Position numbers and translations under genes: made by a program. This document shows, piece after piece, positions 27,601 through 35,683 of a DNA stretch of 48,565 nt; position 1 is the first letter of the stretch, and the number at the start of each line of letters is the position of its first letter. Under the pieces are notes generated by a model that saw only the letters and a list, made by a program, of their open reading frames with translations, was not told the origin of the DNA and did no database searches. Source of the DNA: Hafnia phage Pocis76; the sequence record MW689258.1; one strand, 5' to 3'.

Positions 27601-28617
27601 AAGGCCATAGAGCAATTAAAAGCTCAAATTGGAACGGATGTACAGGGTCAAATCACGACGCTACAGCAAGCCATTGCGAGAGAGGAGGAGGCACGCGCTA
27701 GCGCTGATACTGCGTTATCTGCGCGACTTGGCAAAAACGAAGCCGCACTAAACCAGAAGCTTGATTCTTGGGCTACCGCTGGCAGCGTTGGCGCTATGTA
27801 CGGCGTTAAACTTGGACTGCGTTACAACGGGGTCGATTACAGCGCTGGCATGAATATGTCGTTAGTTGGAAGCGGCTCAAACATTAAGTCGCAGATTCTG
27901 TTTGATGCGTCGCGCCTTGCTGTTATGGCTGGTTCTAGTGGTAACTACAAGTACCCGTTTATTATCGACAACAACCAAGTTGTTATGGATGTAGCGCTTA
28001 TTAAGGACGGATCAATCAATAATGCCAAGATTGGTAGCTTTATTCAGTCAAATAACTACATTGCAAATCAGCAAGGATGGAGGATCGACAAAAACGGGAA
28101 GGCAGAGTTTAGGGACGCAGTTGTTCGCGGGACAGTCTATGCTACGGCTGGCGAGTTCTCAGGGACAATCAAGTCTGCAAACGGTGTCTTTACTGGTACG
28201 GTTTACGCCGAACACATGGTTGGCGACGTAACCGCCGCTGGTGTAATTGGTGGCTGGTATACTCGTGACTCAGTTGAAAGAACTGTTACCAAGCACTATC
28301 GAGGAGGCATGAACTTTGAAACATACCTATCAGTGCCAGCTGCGCAGTTAGTAGTTGACAGGCGCAATATCTCACAGAGTCTTGCGGTTCTGGCTAGAAT
28401 CGTAATCGACGGCTCGACGGTGTTTGAGGCCACAAAGGTGTTTTCAGCTGGTAGCTCTGATTCATGGTCTTTTGGCGGTGGAAAGATGATCGCAAAAGGC
28501 AGAACTAACGTTCCGATTCAGATCTACGTTCGCACGTCAAACCCGATTAAGGCTGATATAACCCTGAAAGACGTATCAGTATTCACATTCAAAGCTAACG
28601 CAACTCAATTCTACTAA
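24658..28617 (+). CDS. tail tip/host specificity protein (lambda gpJ-like)
   Basis: SGSKGGSSKPYKPKEMADNLIS..., tail-tip and FnIII-like regions; CAGGAGG before ATG at 24658. Confidence 0.9.
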   Translation: MISGSKGGSSKPYKPKEMADNLISINKIKVLLAVSDGEVDPEFSLKNLLLDDVPVQNQDGTFNYEGVTAEFRSGTQDQEYIQGFTETSNEITVAREIEVAKPFVISVTNKNLSAIRVKVLMPQGVTIEDDGDKVGVKVTYAIDMAIDGGSYKEVMSDTINGKTMSGYDRSRRVDLPKFNDQVLLRVRRVTPDSTSFNVVDKIRVQSYAEVVDAKFRYPLTGLVFVEFDSELFPNRIPNMSTLKKWKLINVPVNYDPETREYSGSWNGVFKKAWTNNPAWILYDLITNQRYGLDQRELGIEIDKWSIYEAAQYCDQKVPDGHGGLEPRYMCDVVIQSQIEAYQLVRDICSIFRGMSFWNGESLSIVIDKPRDPSYIFTNDNVVNGEFSYTFASEKSMYTACNVTFDDEQSLYNQDVEPVFDTEAAARFGYNPTSITAIGCTRRSEANRRGRWILKTNLRSTTVNFATGLEGMIPTIGDVIAIADSFWASNLTLNLSGRVMEVAGVQVFLPYRVDARAGDFIIINKPDGKPVKRTISRISPDGKTIELNVGFGFNVEPDTVFAIDRTDLALQQYVVTSINKGDGDEEFTYSITAVEYDPTKYDEIDYSVNIDDRPTSNVQPEIMQAPENVQITSYSRVLQGQSIETMHVSWDKVPFASMYEMQWRKGDGNWHNAPQTANKEVEIEGIYAGKYSVRVRSVSAAGSASPWSKIATASLSGKVGEPLTPINITASDDEVLGIRIKWAMPQGSDDTAYIEVQQAPDVNGQLPNPEQATLLSLVPYPQREYWHSPLPSTTVVWYRVRSVDRIGNASPWSDFVRGFVSDDVESILGDLKIDIEGSDGFQWLQENAISSNSKIHNAAEAAIENALASDADAKTMRKQYRKNKAEIKRSLQMIADETQARVEAMQQMTAVFDEKLTAQHTELVRVVANETEARTEAVNKLSASFDTSIKDVNGKITEVGKKVDANYQTLNTAIANEREARTKAIEQLKAQIGTDVQGQITTLQQAIAREEEARASADTALSARLGKNEAALNQKLDSWATAGSVGAMYGVKLGLRYNGVDYSAGMNMSLVGSGSNIKSQILFDASRLAVMAGSSGNYKYPFIIDNNQVVMDVALIKDGSINNAKIGSFIQSNNYIANQQGWRIDKNGKAEFRDAVVRGTVYATAGEFSGTIKSANGVFTGTVYAEHMVGDVTAAGVIGGWYTRDSVERTVTKHYRGGMNFETYLSVPAAQLVVDRRNISQSLAVLARIVIDGSTVFEATKVFSAGSSDSWSFGGGKMIAKGRTNVPIQIYVRTSNPIKADITLKDVSVFTFKANATQFY

Positions 28618-28619
28618 GC

Positions 28620-28649
28620 CAAAGGCCGCTCGAAAGGGCGGCTTTTTTA
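28620..28649 (+). terminator. terminator after J
   Basis: GCCGCtcgaaaGGGCGGC TTTTTT. Confidence 0.85.
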
Positions 28650-28662
28650 TTGCTTTGTTTTC

Positions 28663-29052
28663 TTTTGTTATCGTGTGTTCACTAATTTGAGTCGGCGTAA
28701 ATTTAGCTCAAAAAATGAGCTCCCAGTGAGTAAATAATAAACAGTATAAATTACTATATATATAAAAAATAAAGCTTTTTTCTATTATTATTATATATTG
28801 TTTTTTTTATTGTTCTCTTTGTTATTGGTGTTTTGGCATACCTGCATACATTTTTTGTGATTTTTATATAAATCATCATATATGCGTATATATACCTTAT
28901 ACGGCTATAAATCGTGAACATTGGTAACAGGAAGATAACAGACCTAGAATCAGTAACTTGCATTGTGATTTTGTTATCGGTACACAAGAACAACAAAAGA
29001 AAACAAAATAAACACATAAAAGTGTTGACTAAACAAGGTAAATGGGTAGAAT
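28663..29052 (+). promoter_or_regulatory. Control region B, diverged copy of region A
   Basis: TTTTGTTATCGTGTGTTCACT near 28664; AT-rich tract; GTGAACATTGGTAACAGGAAGATAACAG; TTTTGTTATCGG; TTGACT (29025-29030)-N16-TAGAAT (29047-29052). Confidence 0.65.
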
Positions 29053-29082
29053 GCTCTCAACCAAACAAAAGGAGCCAAACCA

Positions 29083-30141
29083 ATGAGTGATTTCAAAGTT
29101 TTCACAAGTGCAGAAATGAGTAACGATGAGTACCACGCTAAAGATTCATGGGTATCTGAGTATGTTAGTGGATCGAATCTAGCAGAGATTCATTCATCGT
29201 GTCCGGCGGCGTGGCGGTTTAAGCAGAAGGTGGAAAATTCAAAGCCTCTTATCTTTGGTACTCAGTCTCACACCAACTTTGAGAGCAAGGAGCTATTCGA
29301 GAAAACATATCGCAGAGCACCAGCACAAGAGGAGTTCGACGACCTGATCACCAGCCAAACAGCATTAGCGGCAAAACTAAAATCTTTTGGCCTGAAAGGT
29401 ACAAGCGGAAAGAGTTACCCAGAATTACTGGAAATGCTCTACCGTTGCGGAGAAAACTTGAATGTATGGTGGCTAATTGAATTGTTAGCAGAGTGGCAAG
29501 CAAAAGCAGACGGCGTTGAGCTTGTACCAGCCAAGGATTACGACGCGTGCGTCATGATGCGCAAAGTCTTGGAATCAATACCAGAGCATAACGCATGCAT
29601 GAATAGCCCAACTGCGCAACGAGAGCTATCTATTTTCGGCGTTATCAATGGTGTTAAGGTGAAAGTGCGTCTTGACCATGTGGATGTTGTAGAGAACGTT
29701 ACAGCGACGATTATCACTGGCTACGATGAATCAGGACGACCAATCACAGAAGATGTGGTTTATCCAGAGGCGGTAGTGATTACGGACTACAAGACGACGC
29801 AAAGCGCTAACCCTGTGGAGTTTCCGCGATTGGCATTTAATCACGGTTATTATCTGAAAATGGCTCTGCAACACGACCTATTCAAAAAGGCTTATCCAGA
29901 CGAGGAGCGCCCAGTTATAGTTCGACTGTTAGCGCAGGAAAAGAAAGAGCCTTACCTGCCTTTGGCGTATCGCATGAGCGCGGAGCAGTTAAAGATCGGA
30001 CGGTTGCAGTATATGAGCGTGATCAACACTTTCGCGATGTGCAATGAGCATGATGTTTGGCCTAGCTATGCCAACGGATCGCCGGAAGTCGAGCTCGAAA
30101 CGCCTGACTGGGTTCGCAAACAGTACAAAGGTTTTTTATAA
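29083..30141 (+). CDS. RecE-like exonuclease (PD-(D/E)XK family)
   Basis: SGSNLAEIHSSCPAAWRFKQKVENSKPLIFGTQSHTNFES ... YPEAVVITDYKTTQSANPVEFPR. Confidence 0.8.
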   Translation: MSDFKVFTSAEMSNDEYHAKDSWVSEYVSGSNLAEIHSSCPAAWRFKQKVENSKPLIFGTQSHTNFESKELFEKTYRRAPAQEEFDDLITSQTALAAKLKSFGLKGTSGKSYPELLEMLYRCGENLNVWWLIELLAEWQAKADGVELVPAKDYDACVMMRKVLESIPEHNACMNSPTAQRELSIFGVINGVKVKVRLDHVDVVENVTATIITGYDESGRPITEDVVYPEAVVITDYKTTQSANPVEFPRLAFNHGYYLKMALQHDLFKKAYPDEERPVIVRLLAQEKKEPYLPLAYRMSAEQLKIGRLQYMSVINTFAMCNEHDVWPSYANGSPEVELETPDWVRKQYKGFL

Positions 30142-30142
30142 A

Positions 30143-30189
30143 CAGCACAAATAGCTAAACAAATGAAAAATGAGGTGTTATAATGCACA
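30143..30189 (+). promoter_or_regulatory. degenerate operator-promoter element
   Basis: CAGCACAAATAGCTAAAC with TATAAT (30179-30184) 36 nt downstream. Confidence 0.45.
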
Positions 30190-30222
30190 TCATAGATAAC
30201 CAAGCCACAAAAGGAAAACATA

Positions 30223-30513
30223 ATGAAATTCGAAAACTTGACAGAAGAACAAAAAGAAGTTGTTGACGTTTTTAAAAGCTACATCATCGCCCTAGCATCA
30301 ATGACTGAAGAATTTCTTGATTGTGTGGATCTTGATGAAGATGGTGCTATTGATTATGTGCGAAATGTGTGGGTTAGCGTAGACAACGTTGTCTTAGCAA
30401 TCTTAAATGCATCAGACGATGAAAAGAGAAGGGAGGGGATGCGAAATCAAACGGAATTGCGCATTCAGCAAATGCTAAAAGATAAAGCAGCAGCGGAAAA
30501 TAAAGTTCACTAA
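30223..30513 (+). CDS. hypothetical protein
   Basis: ORF track. Confidence 0.65.
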   Translation: MKFENLTEEQKEVVDVFKSYIIALASMTEEFLDCVDLDEDGAIDYVRNVWVSVDNVVLAILNASDDEKRREGMRNQTELRIQQMLKDKAAAENKVH

Positions 30514-30531
30514 TTAACAACGGCGGCGAAA

Positions 30532-30547
30532 GCCGCCATTACCGGAG
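30532..30547. repeat. GC-rich hairpin between genes
   Basis: GGCGGC gaaa GCCGCC. Confidence 0.55.
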
Positions 30548-30553
30548 CTAACA

Positions 30554-31207
30554 ATGAAACTATCAGAATCATTCGACAAGGTTTTGCCAGCGCTGCATAA
30601 AGCACGCAGCCAGTTTGTAAAGGTGAAAAAGGATAAGCAAAACACACACCTCAAAAACAAATACGCCACGCTTGATAGCGTTCTGGATGCGATAACGCCA
30701 GCATTAACAGACAATGACCTAATGATTATGCAGGATATGCAGGAAAGCGAGGCTGCAAATCGAATCAAGGTAGAAACAACCGTGATGCATGTTTCTGGTC
30801 AATGGGTTAAGTATTACGCGGAGTTGCCAATCGTAAAGAATGACCCGCAAGGCGTTGGATCTGCCTTTACCTATGCTCGACGCTATGCACTGGCGGCAGC
30901 ATTTGGACTGAGCCAAGCAGACGACGATGCGCAAATCGCAGTGAAATCTGCTCAAGACTGGAAGCGCGATCTAGATAAGTGCGAAAGCGTCGCAGATCTG
31001 CAAACTGTGTTTAAGTCAGCATATCAGGCAAGTGATGCAGCTAATCGCGTAATCATCAAGGAACATTACGACACGCTAAAAGCAAAGCTTGAGATTGGAA
31101 GCGCTCGAGGATTCAACCCAGCAACACCAAAGCAAAATATTGCTAAAAAGGTTGAAGCCACACAGGAAAAACATGTAGAATCTCAGCCAATTACCAACTT
31201 TGAATGA
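30554..31207 (+). CDS. erf: ERF-family single-strand annealing protein
   Basis: [36 protein letters not shown]. Confidence 0.9.
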   Translation: MKLSESFDKVLPALHKARSQFVKVKKDKQNTHLKNKYATLDSVLDAITPALTDNDLMIMQDMQESEAANRIKVETTVMHVSGQWVKYYAELPIVKNDPQGVGSAFTYARRYALAAAFGLSQADDDAQIAVKSAQDWKRDLDKCESVADLQTVFKSAYQASDAANRVIIKEHYDTLKAKLEIGSARGFNPATPKQNIAKKVEATQEKHVESQPITNFE

Positions 31208-31248
31208 TTTACAACGGGGCGTTACCGCCCCATTTAAAGGAGCGAATA

Positions 31249-31689
31249 ATGCACGTTATTACTGGCGAAATCAGAAAAGAACCATACACCAAAGAAGGCC
31301 AAAACAACTCCGGCGCTTACAAGATGTATATTGTCGAACTATCAGAAAGCATGAAGGATCGACAAACTGGCGAAAGAGTCTATACGAACTACAGCGCAAC
31401 ATTCTTTGCCAATGACAATACGCGCAGCTGGTACGATGAAGCATTTCAGCAAGGCAAGATTGTTAGCGTCACATCTGAAAACCTAAAAATCAACCAGCGA
31501 GAGCACAACGGGCAAGTTTATGTCACGTTGCAAATGGAAAACCCACGGCTTGTATTTAGCCAGCGCGGAAACTCCAAGCCACAGCAGCAGCAAATGGGAT
31601 GGGGTGAGCCACAACAACCACAGCAACAACCACAGCAGCAACCGCAACCACGGCAGCAAATGGATTATGACGACGATATTCCTTTCTGA
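31249..31689 (+). CDS. ssb: single-stranded DNA-binding protein
   Basis: Q/P-rich linker and acidic C-terminal tip DDDIPF; next to erf. Confidence 0.8.
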   Translation: MHVITGEIRKEPYTKEGQNNSGAYKMYIVELSESMKDRQTGERVYTNYSATFFANDNTRSWYDEAFQQGKIVSVTSENLKINQREHNGQVYVTLQMENPRLVFSQRGNSKPQQQQMGWGEPQQPQQQPQQQPQPRQQMDYDDDIPF

Positions 31690-31700
31690 TAGGTAAAATA

Positions 31701-31724
31701 AAAGGGCGCATTTAGCGCCCTTAT
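31701..31724. terminator. bidirectional terminator between convergent genes
   Basis: AGGGCGC attta GCGCCCT with flanking A/T-rich sequence. Confidence 0.75.
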
Positions 31725-31727
31725 TTA

Positions 31728-34043
31728 TTACTCCTCCTCTAAAGTTGTTGGTTTATTATTACCAATCAGCGATTTAACAAGCTCCTTCAACTCCGCAACC
31801 TCTGACTCTAAAGCGGCAATTCGCTTTTTATTGTCCTCATCGCGAGCCCTCAAAGCCTTTATAGCCGCCAAGCCATCAAGCATCATTGGAGTCTGATCAA
31901 GAACCATGCGATCACCAACCATGTTCACATAATCCTTGTCGATCTTCTTGATTTGCTGCGAGATAACGCCTCGACGGTATCGCTGCGTTTCATCATCTTT
32001 AAACGCAAAGATCTTAAACTCCATGCGGTTGATGTTATCTAACGCACCCTCAACATTTAGATTGCCGCGAATGTTTTTCAGGTTTTCATCAGAGACTGCG
32101 GCAACAGTAACCTTTTGCCAAGCAGTCCAAGCTGCGTTTCCATCAGTTCTACAGCGCACATATGGAATTGCAGTATGCTTATCAAACAACAATTGTGTTG
32201 TGTAGTTGCCAGTTGTCGCGCCACCGCTACCAATAACCAGCATATTACCATAACCAACATTTGGCGTATTTTGCGCACCATGAGCAGTCCCACCACTAAT
32301 AAATGAAACAAACTGGGTATTTGCAAGATCGTTAAAATTCTTATTTGCCATGTTTAACACGTAGTTATTACGGCAAAGCAATTCGCCATGCAAAGTCGGC
32401 AAGCTATTAACAATCTGCCCAGTTGTTGTGCCGTCATTTCTGCGTTGCAATAAGTATGGGCGTTCAGCAGTATGAGGGATCTCTATTGCCACCTGTGAGC
32501 CGTTGTCAGTTGATGCCCTGCCCTTATTTTCAACCCTAAACACAACGTAGCTCTGACTACCCTTGGTGTTTGATATATTGAAACCAGAAGCCATGTTGAA
32601 GTTTGGCAATCCACTAACAGCTAATTCTCTCCAAGCCTTCCATGTTCCAGCGTCAGAACAACGATAGAATAATCGACCATTTGAGCTATAAGATGTTGCT
32701 ATCTGGCTTTTAAAGTCATTAGATCTATCTGGATGCACTCCTAGATTGATGATTCCGACAGCTTGACCCTCAATACTCCATGCTTTCCCTAACTCAATAT
32801 CATTGGTTAAAGCGCTATATAGGCCAGTCTTATTGGTTACACTGTTATTAATCTTTGGTGGATTAACAGCACCAATACCGTAATCACCAACGGCTACAAG
32901 CTGCTTCCAAGGATGGGTTTCTTTATCATTGCTTGCTGTGTTGCAGAAGCGATAAAAAGCACTTCCATCCAAGGTTATTGCCATTTGCCCTCTGCGCTCG
33001 TTTCCGTATGACGCCTGAAAACCAGCAGCAGATCCAAGCCCGCCAATATCAGCAGGTTCACCGCTAGCAAAAAAGCCACTGCCTCCATTAAGAGGTGCGA
33101 TACCTCTATTTGCTTTGTAACCCAGACCAAAATCACCAGTAGTTAGTGCGCCTAGATTCTTGCGAGCTTGAACCTTGTCATTTAGGTCTGACAGGTTGCG
33201 ATCTTTGCGCAGCATGTTAGTCCCATCAAAACCAGCTGCAAGGTCTGCGGCTCTATCGGCTTCACGCTGCGCTCGGTCTGCTTGCGCTGTAGCTTGACCA
33301 ACTGCGGCCTCAATTCCCTGACCAACCTCTACCTTACCGGATGCAACGGCGTCTGCGATTTCCTGCTTGCCGCCCTCAACGATTTGTGATGCGCGATCAG
33401 CTTGAGCTTTTGCTTTAACAGCCTCACCAGTGGCATTGTCAGCCTCTTGACGAGCCTTTCTTACTTCATCCTGAGATAACACATAGTTTTGATGCGCACG
33501 GTCTGCATTGGCCTTGGCTTGCTCGCTTAGCTCATCAACTCGAACATGAATTTGCTGAACAATTGCAACCTCGTCTGCAACCTTGTCTGCATTGGCTTGC
33601 ACTTCCTGAGCCTTGGCCTCAATTTTCTTGAAATTCTCCTCGAATTTCGCAACCTCAGCTCGCATATCCTCGACAACTTTCTGAATCTTTTCCAGATCCA
33701 TATCCTCGATAACCTCGATTAGGTGTGCGAACTCGGTTTCGCGGCTGCGGTAGTAGCGCAGAGTTTCCGCAACATCTTGAGCCATACCATCAACGGTCAG
33801 TGAGTCATGAATCAGGATCGCATAGTCGCATTTCTCGACGACAGCGCCGCCAGTGGCAATAGCTCTCATTTGCGTGTCACTGATAATTTCAGCGATAACA
33901 GCCATCTTTAAGCCGTTTGGCGATAAAAACATAATTGTTGCCTCTTTGCGGATCAGACTAAGCGGCTGCATCCACTTTGTTTTGTATCCAGTAATAACGC
34001 CGTCAGCGCTTAACGACGCTTGACCTGTACGATAAAGTGCCAT
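31728..34043 (-). CDS. tail fiber protein with C-terminal S74 intramolecular chaperone-like domain
   Basis: coiled-coil repeats; C-term YRRGVISQQIKKI...MMLDGLAAIKAL...ELKELV; AGGAGG before ATG at 34043. Confidence 0.8.
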   Translation of the reverse strand: MALYRTGQASLSADGVITGYKTKWMQPLSLIRKEATIMFLSPNGLKMAVIAEIISDTQMRAIATGGAVVEKCDYAILIHDSLTVDGMAQDVAETLRYYRSRETEFAHLIEVIEDMDLEKIQKVVEDMRAEVAKFEENFKKIEAKAQEVQANADKVADEVAIVQQIHVRVDELSEQAKANADRAHQNYVLSQDEVRKARQEADNATGEAVKAKAQADRASQIVEGGKQEIADAVASGKVEVGQGIEAAVGQATAQADRAQREADRAADLAAGFDGTNMLRKDRNLSDLNDKVQARKNLGALTTGDFGLGYKANRGIAPLNGGSGFFASGEPADIGGLGSAAGFQASYGNERRGQMAITLDGSAFYRFCNTASNDKETHPWKQLVAVGDYGIGAVNPPKINNSVTNKTGLYSALTNDIELGKAWSIEGQAVGIINLGVHPDRSNDFKSQIATSYSSNGRLFYRCSDAGTWKAWRELAVSGLPNFNMASGFNISNTKGSQSYVVFRVENKGRASTDNGSQVAIEIPHTAERPYLLQRRNDGTTTGQIVNSLPTLHGELLCRNNYVLNMANKNFNDLANTQFVSFISGGTAHGAQNTPNVGYGNMLVIGSGGATTGNYTTQLLFDKHTAIPYVRCRTDGNAAWTAWQKVTVAAVSDENLKNIRGNLNVEGALDNINRMEFKIFAFKDDETQRYRRGVISQQIKKIDKDYVNMVGDRMVLDQTPMMLDGLAAIKALRARDEDNKKRIAALESEVAELKELVKSLIGNNKPTTLEEE

Positions 34044-34065
34044 AATTCCTCCTGTTAGTATTAAA

Positions 34066-34116
34066 CAGCACAATTTGCTAAACACAGATTCTATCATTGT
34101 GTTATAGGGCATTCAA
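34066..34116 (-). promoter_or_regulatory. tail fiber promoter with downstream operator
   Basis: minus strand TTGAAT (34111-34116)-N17-TAGAAT (34088-34093)-N7-TAGCAAATTGTGCTG (34066-34080). Confidence 0.6.
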
Positions 34117-34128
34117 TAGGTAATAAAA

Positions 34129-34149
34129 AACCCGCCGAAGCGGGTTAAA
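34129..34149 (-). terminator. terminator after primase gene
   Basis: minus strand AACCCGC ttcg GCGGGTT TTTT. Confidence 0.85.
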
Positions 34150-35092
34150 TTAAATCAGATGGATTATATAGTTTTCTCTCTATGCCAAGCTTGTAATTGT
34201 CATTAATTGGCATCATTACACCTAAATCTCTTTCCTCTGCGGCGATAAGCGTATCCTTTTCTGTGGATCTGCAAACTACACGCATGTTTCGCTTGCCTTT
34301 GTATCTGAAAGCCACTATTTCCAAGTTTGATGCAGAAAAGCAATTCCATACTTCCTGATTGGTTGTCATGTGGATGTGTTGAGCATCGATCCAGTTTGTG
34401 CATAGATAAATTGTCTTGTCAGTTTTACCAGTCACAGTGACCGAGCCGCGCGTATAATCCTTTGCGTAAAAGCTCTCGTTACCAAGCTCATCAATCAGCA
34501 AAATATTACACATTTCATCATCAACCTCATCCTCATGCACAAGGTGGCATGGTATGGCGTGTATTAGCTCCTCAATCCCAATCTCAGAGGTTTTTACGCC
34601 GACTTGATATGATTCATCATCTTTTAATCCCACGCCTTCATATACCGTTAGAGGTGTTTTAAATACCTTCTTTGTTCTTTCCATTACAGCCAAACAATTT
34701 TCATGAGGCGCTTGTTTCCCGAAATTATAGCCAGAAGATCTAGACGCTCGCTTGTTGGCCTTAATGCGGTACTCTTGAGGCACTTTGCCAAGAAAGCGAC
34801 CTAGAATGTTAATCACCTCACTATATGGTTCACCAGTCAATTTCATCATCCAGCCTACGCCGCTATCATTACCGCATCCGTTGCAGATTGCGCCGCCGTC
34901 GCCGTCGCTGTTTAGTTTGTCAGTCCAACGGAATCGATCTTTGCCTCCACAGTGAGGACACGGCTGATGTTTCTTGTTAAACACATCATTATGCAAACCA
35001 CAAATGCTTTGCAGCGCGTCGCGCCATAAGCCTTTCATGTATGGAAGCACATCCTCTTTCTGAAACATCATGTTAGGGTTTATTTCGCTCAT
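34145..35092 (-). CDS. primase-like protein, N-terminal zinc ribbon
   Basis: CPHCGGKDRFRWTDKLNSDGDGGAICNGCG; RBS GGAG before ATG at 35092. Confidence 0.75.
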   Translation of the reverse strand: MSEINPNMMFQKEDVLPYMKGLWRDALQSICGLHNDVFNKKHQPCPHCGGKDRFRWTDKLNSDGDGGAICNGCGNDSGVGWMMKLTGEPYSEVINILGRFLGKVPQEYRIKANKRASRSSGYNFGKQAPHENCLAVMERTKKVFKTPLTVYEGVGLKDDESYQVGVKTSEIGIEELIHAIPCHLVHEDEVDDEMCNILLIDELGNESFYAKDYTRGSVTVTGKTDKTIYLCTNWIDAQHIHMTTNQEVWNCFSASNLEIVAFRYKGKRNMRVVCRSTEKDTLIAAEERDLGVMMPINDNYKLGIERKLYNPSDLI

Positions 35093-35111
35093 TGCTTTCT
35101 CCAATAAAAAA

Positions 35112-35168
35112 AATCGCGTACCCGCATTTAAACAGATACGCGATCATATTTTTTAGCTTTTTGTGCTA
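35112..35168 (-). promoter_or_regulatory. operator-promoter-hairpin element between HTH and primase genes
   Basis: minus strand TAGCACAAAAAGCTAAAA (from 35168), TTAAAT 37 nt downstream, arms ATCGCGTA/TACGCGAT (35113-35120, 35137-35144) plus a T-tract. Confidence 0.7.
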
Positions 35169-35594
35169 TACAAAATCAGACTCCTTGACGACTCGCAACA
35201 TCTCTCGCTTGTCACATTTTGTTGTTAGCGGCTTGCCGTTTGAGTCAAAGCGCAGATCTGGACGGCAGAACGAAGCGCGATAACCTTTACAGCCGTTGCG
35301 CTTATAGTCCATATGTACTCGCCGCGCACCATCGGCAGAAATAACGCCGCGTGATTTCCATTGCTGCACTGTTTGGCCTGATACACGCAAACGACGCGCC
35401 ATTTCAGCCTGAGATCCGAAGTATTCAAGCACAATTTCAAATCGCGCCCTTAATCCGGCCTTTACCTCATCCTTTAAAACGTAGTAACCTGTTTTGCGTT
35501 TGCGTGGCTTTTTATCTTTGCCTCGCTTTGTTCCGTTGTTACCATTCAGTGTGCGCTTGTCGATTTCACCAGTAGATTGTGCAATGCGTTCCAT
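35166..35594 (-). CDS. Cro/YdaS-like helix-turn-helix regulator (candidate operator-binding protein)
   Basis: FGSQAEMARRLRVSGQTVQQWKSRGVISADGARRV; stop TAG overlaps an operator. Confidence 0.75.
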   Translation of the reverse strand: MERIAQSTGEIDKRTLNGNNGTKRGKDKKPRKRKTGYYVLKDEVKAGLRARFEIVLEYFGSQAEMARRLRVSGQTVQQWKSRGVISADGARRVHMDYKRNGCKGYRASFCRPDLRFDSNGKPLTTKCDKREMLRVVKESDFV

Positions 35595-35607
35595 AAATCC
35601 TCCTAAA

Positions 35608-35664
35608 TAGCACTTTTTGTTAAAAGTGAATGTTTATAGGTCGCTATTATAGCCACATCAACAC
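35608..35664 (+). promoter_or_regulatory. divergent control element: rightward activator-type promoter, leftward promoter with +1-proximal operator
   Basis: plus: TAGCACTTTTTGTTAAAAG, TATTAT 35645-35650, N5, CATCAACAC; minus: TTGATG (35656-35661)-N17-TATAAA (35633-35638)-N10-operator. Confidence 0.8.
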
Positions 35665-35683
35665 GACATTTAAAGGTAAAAAG

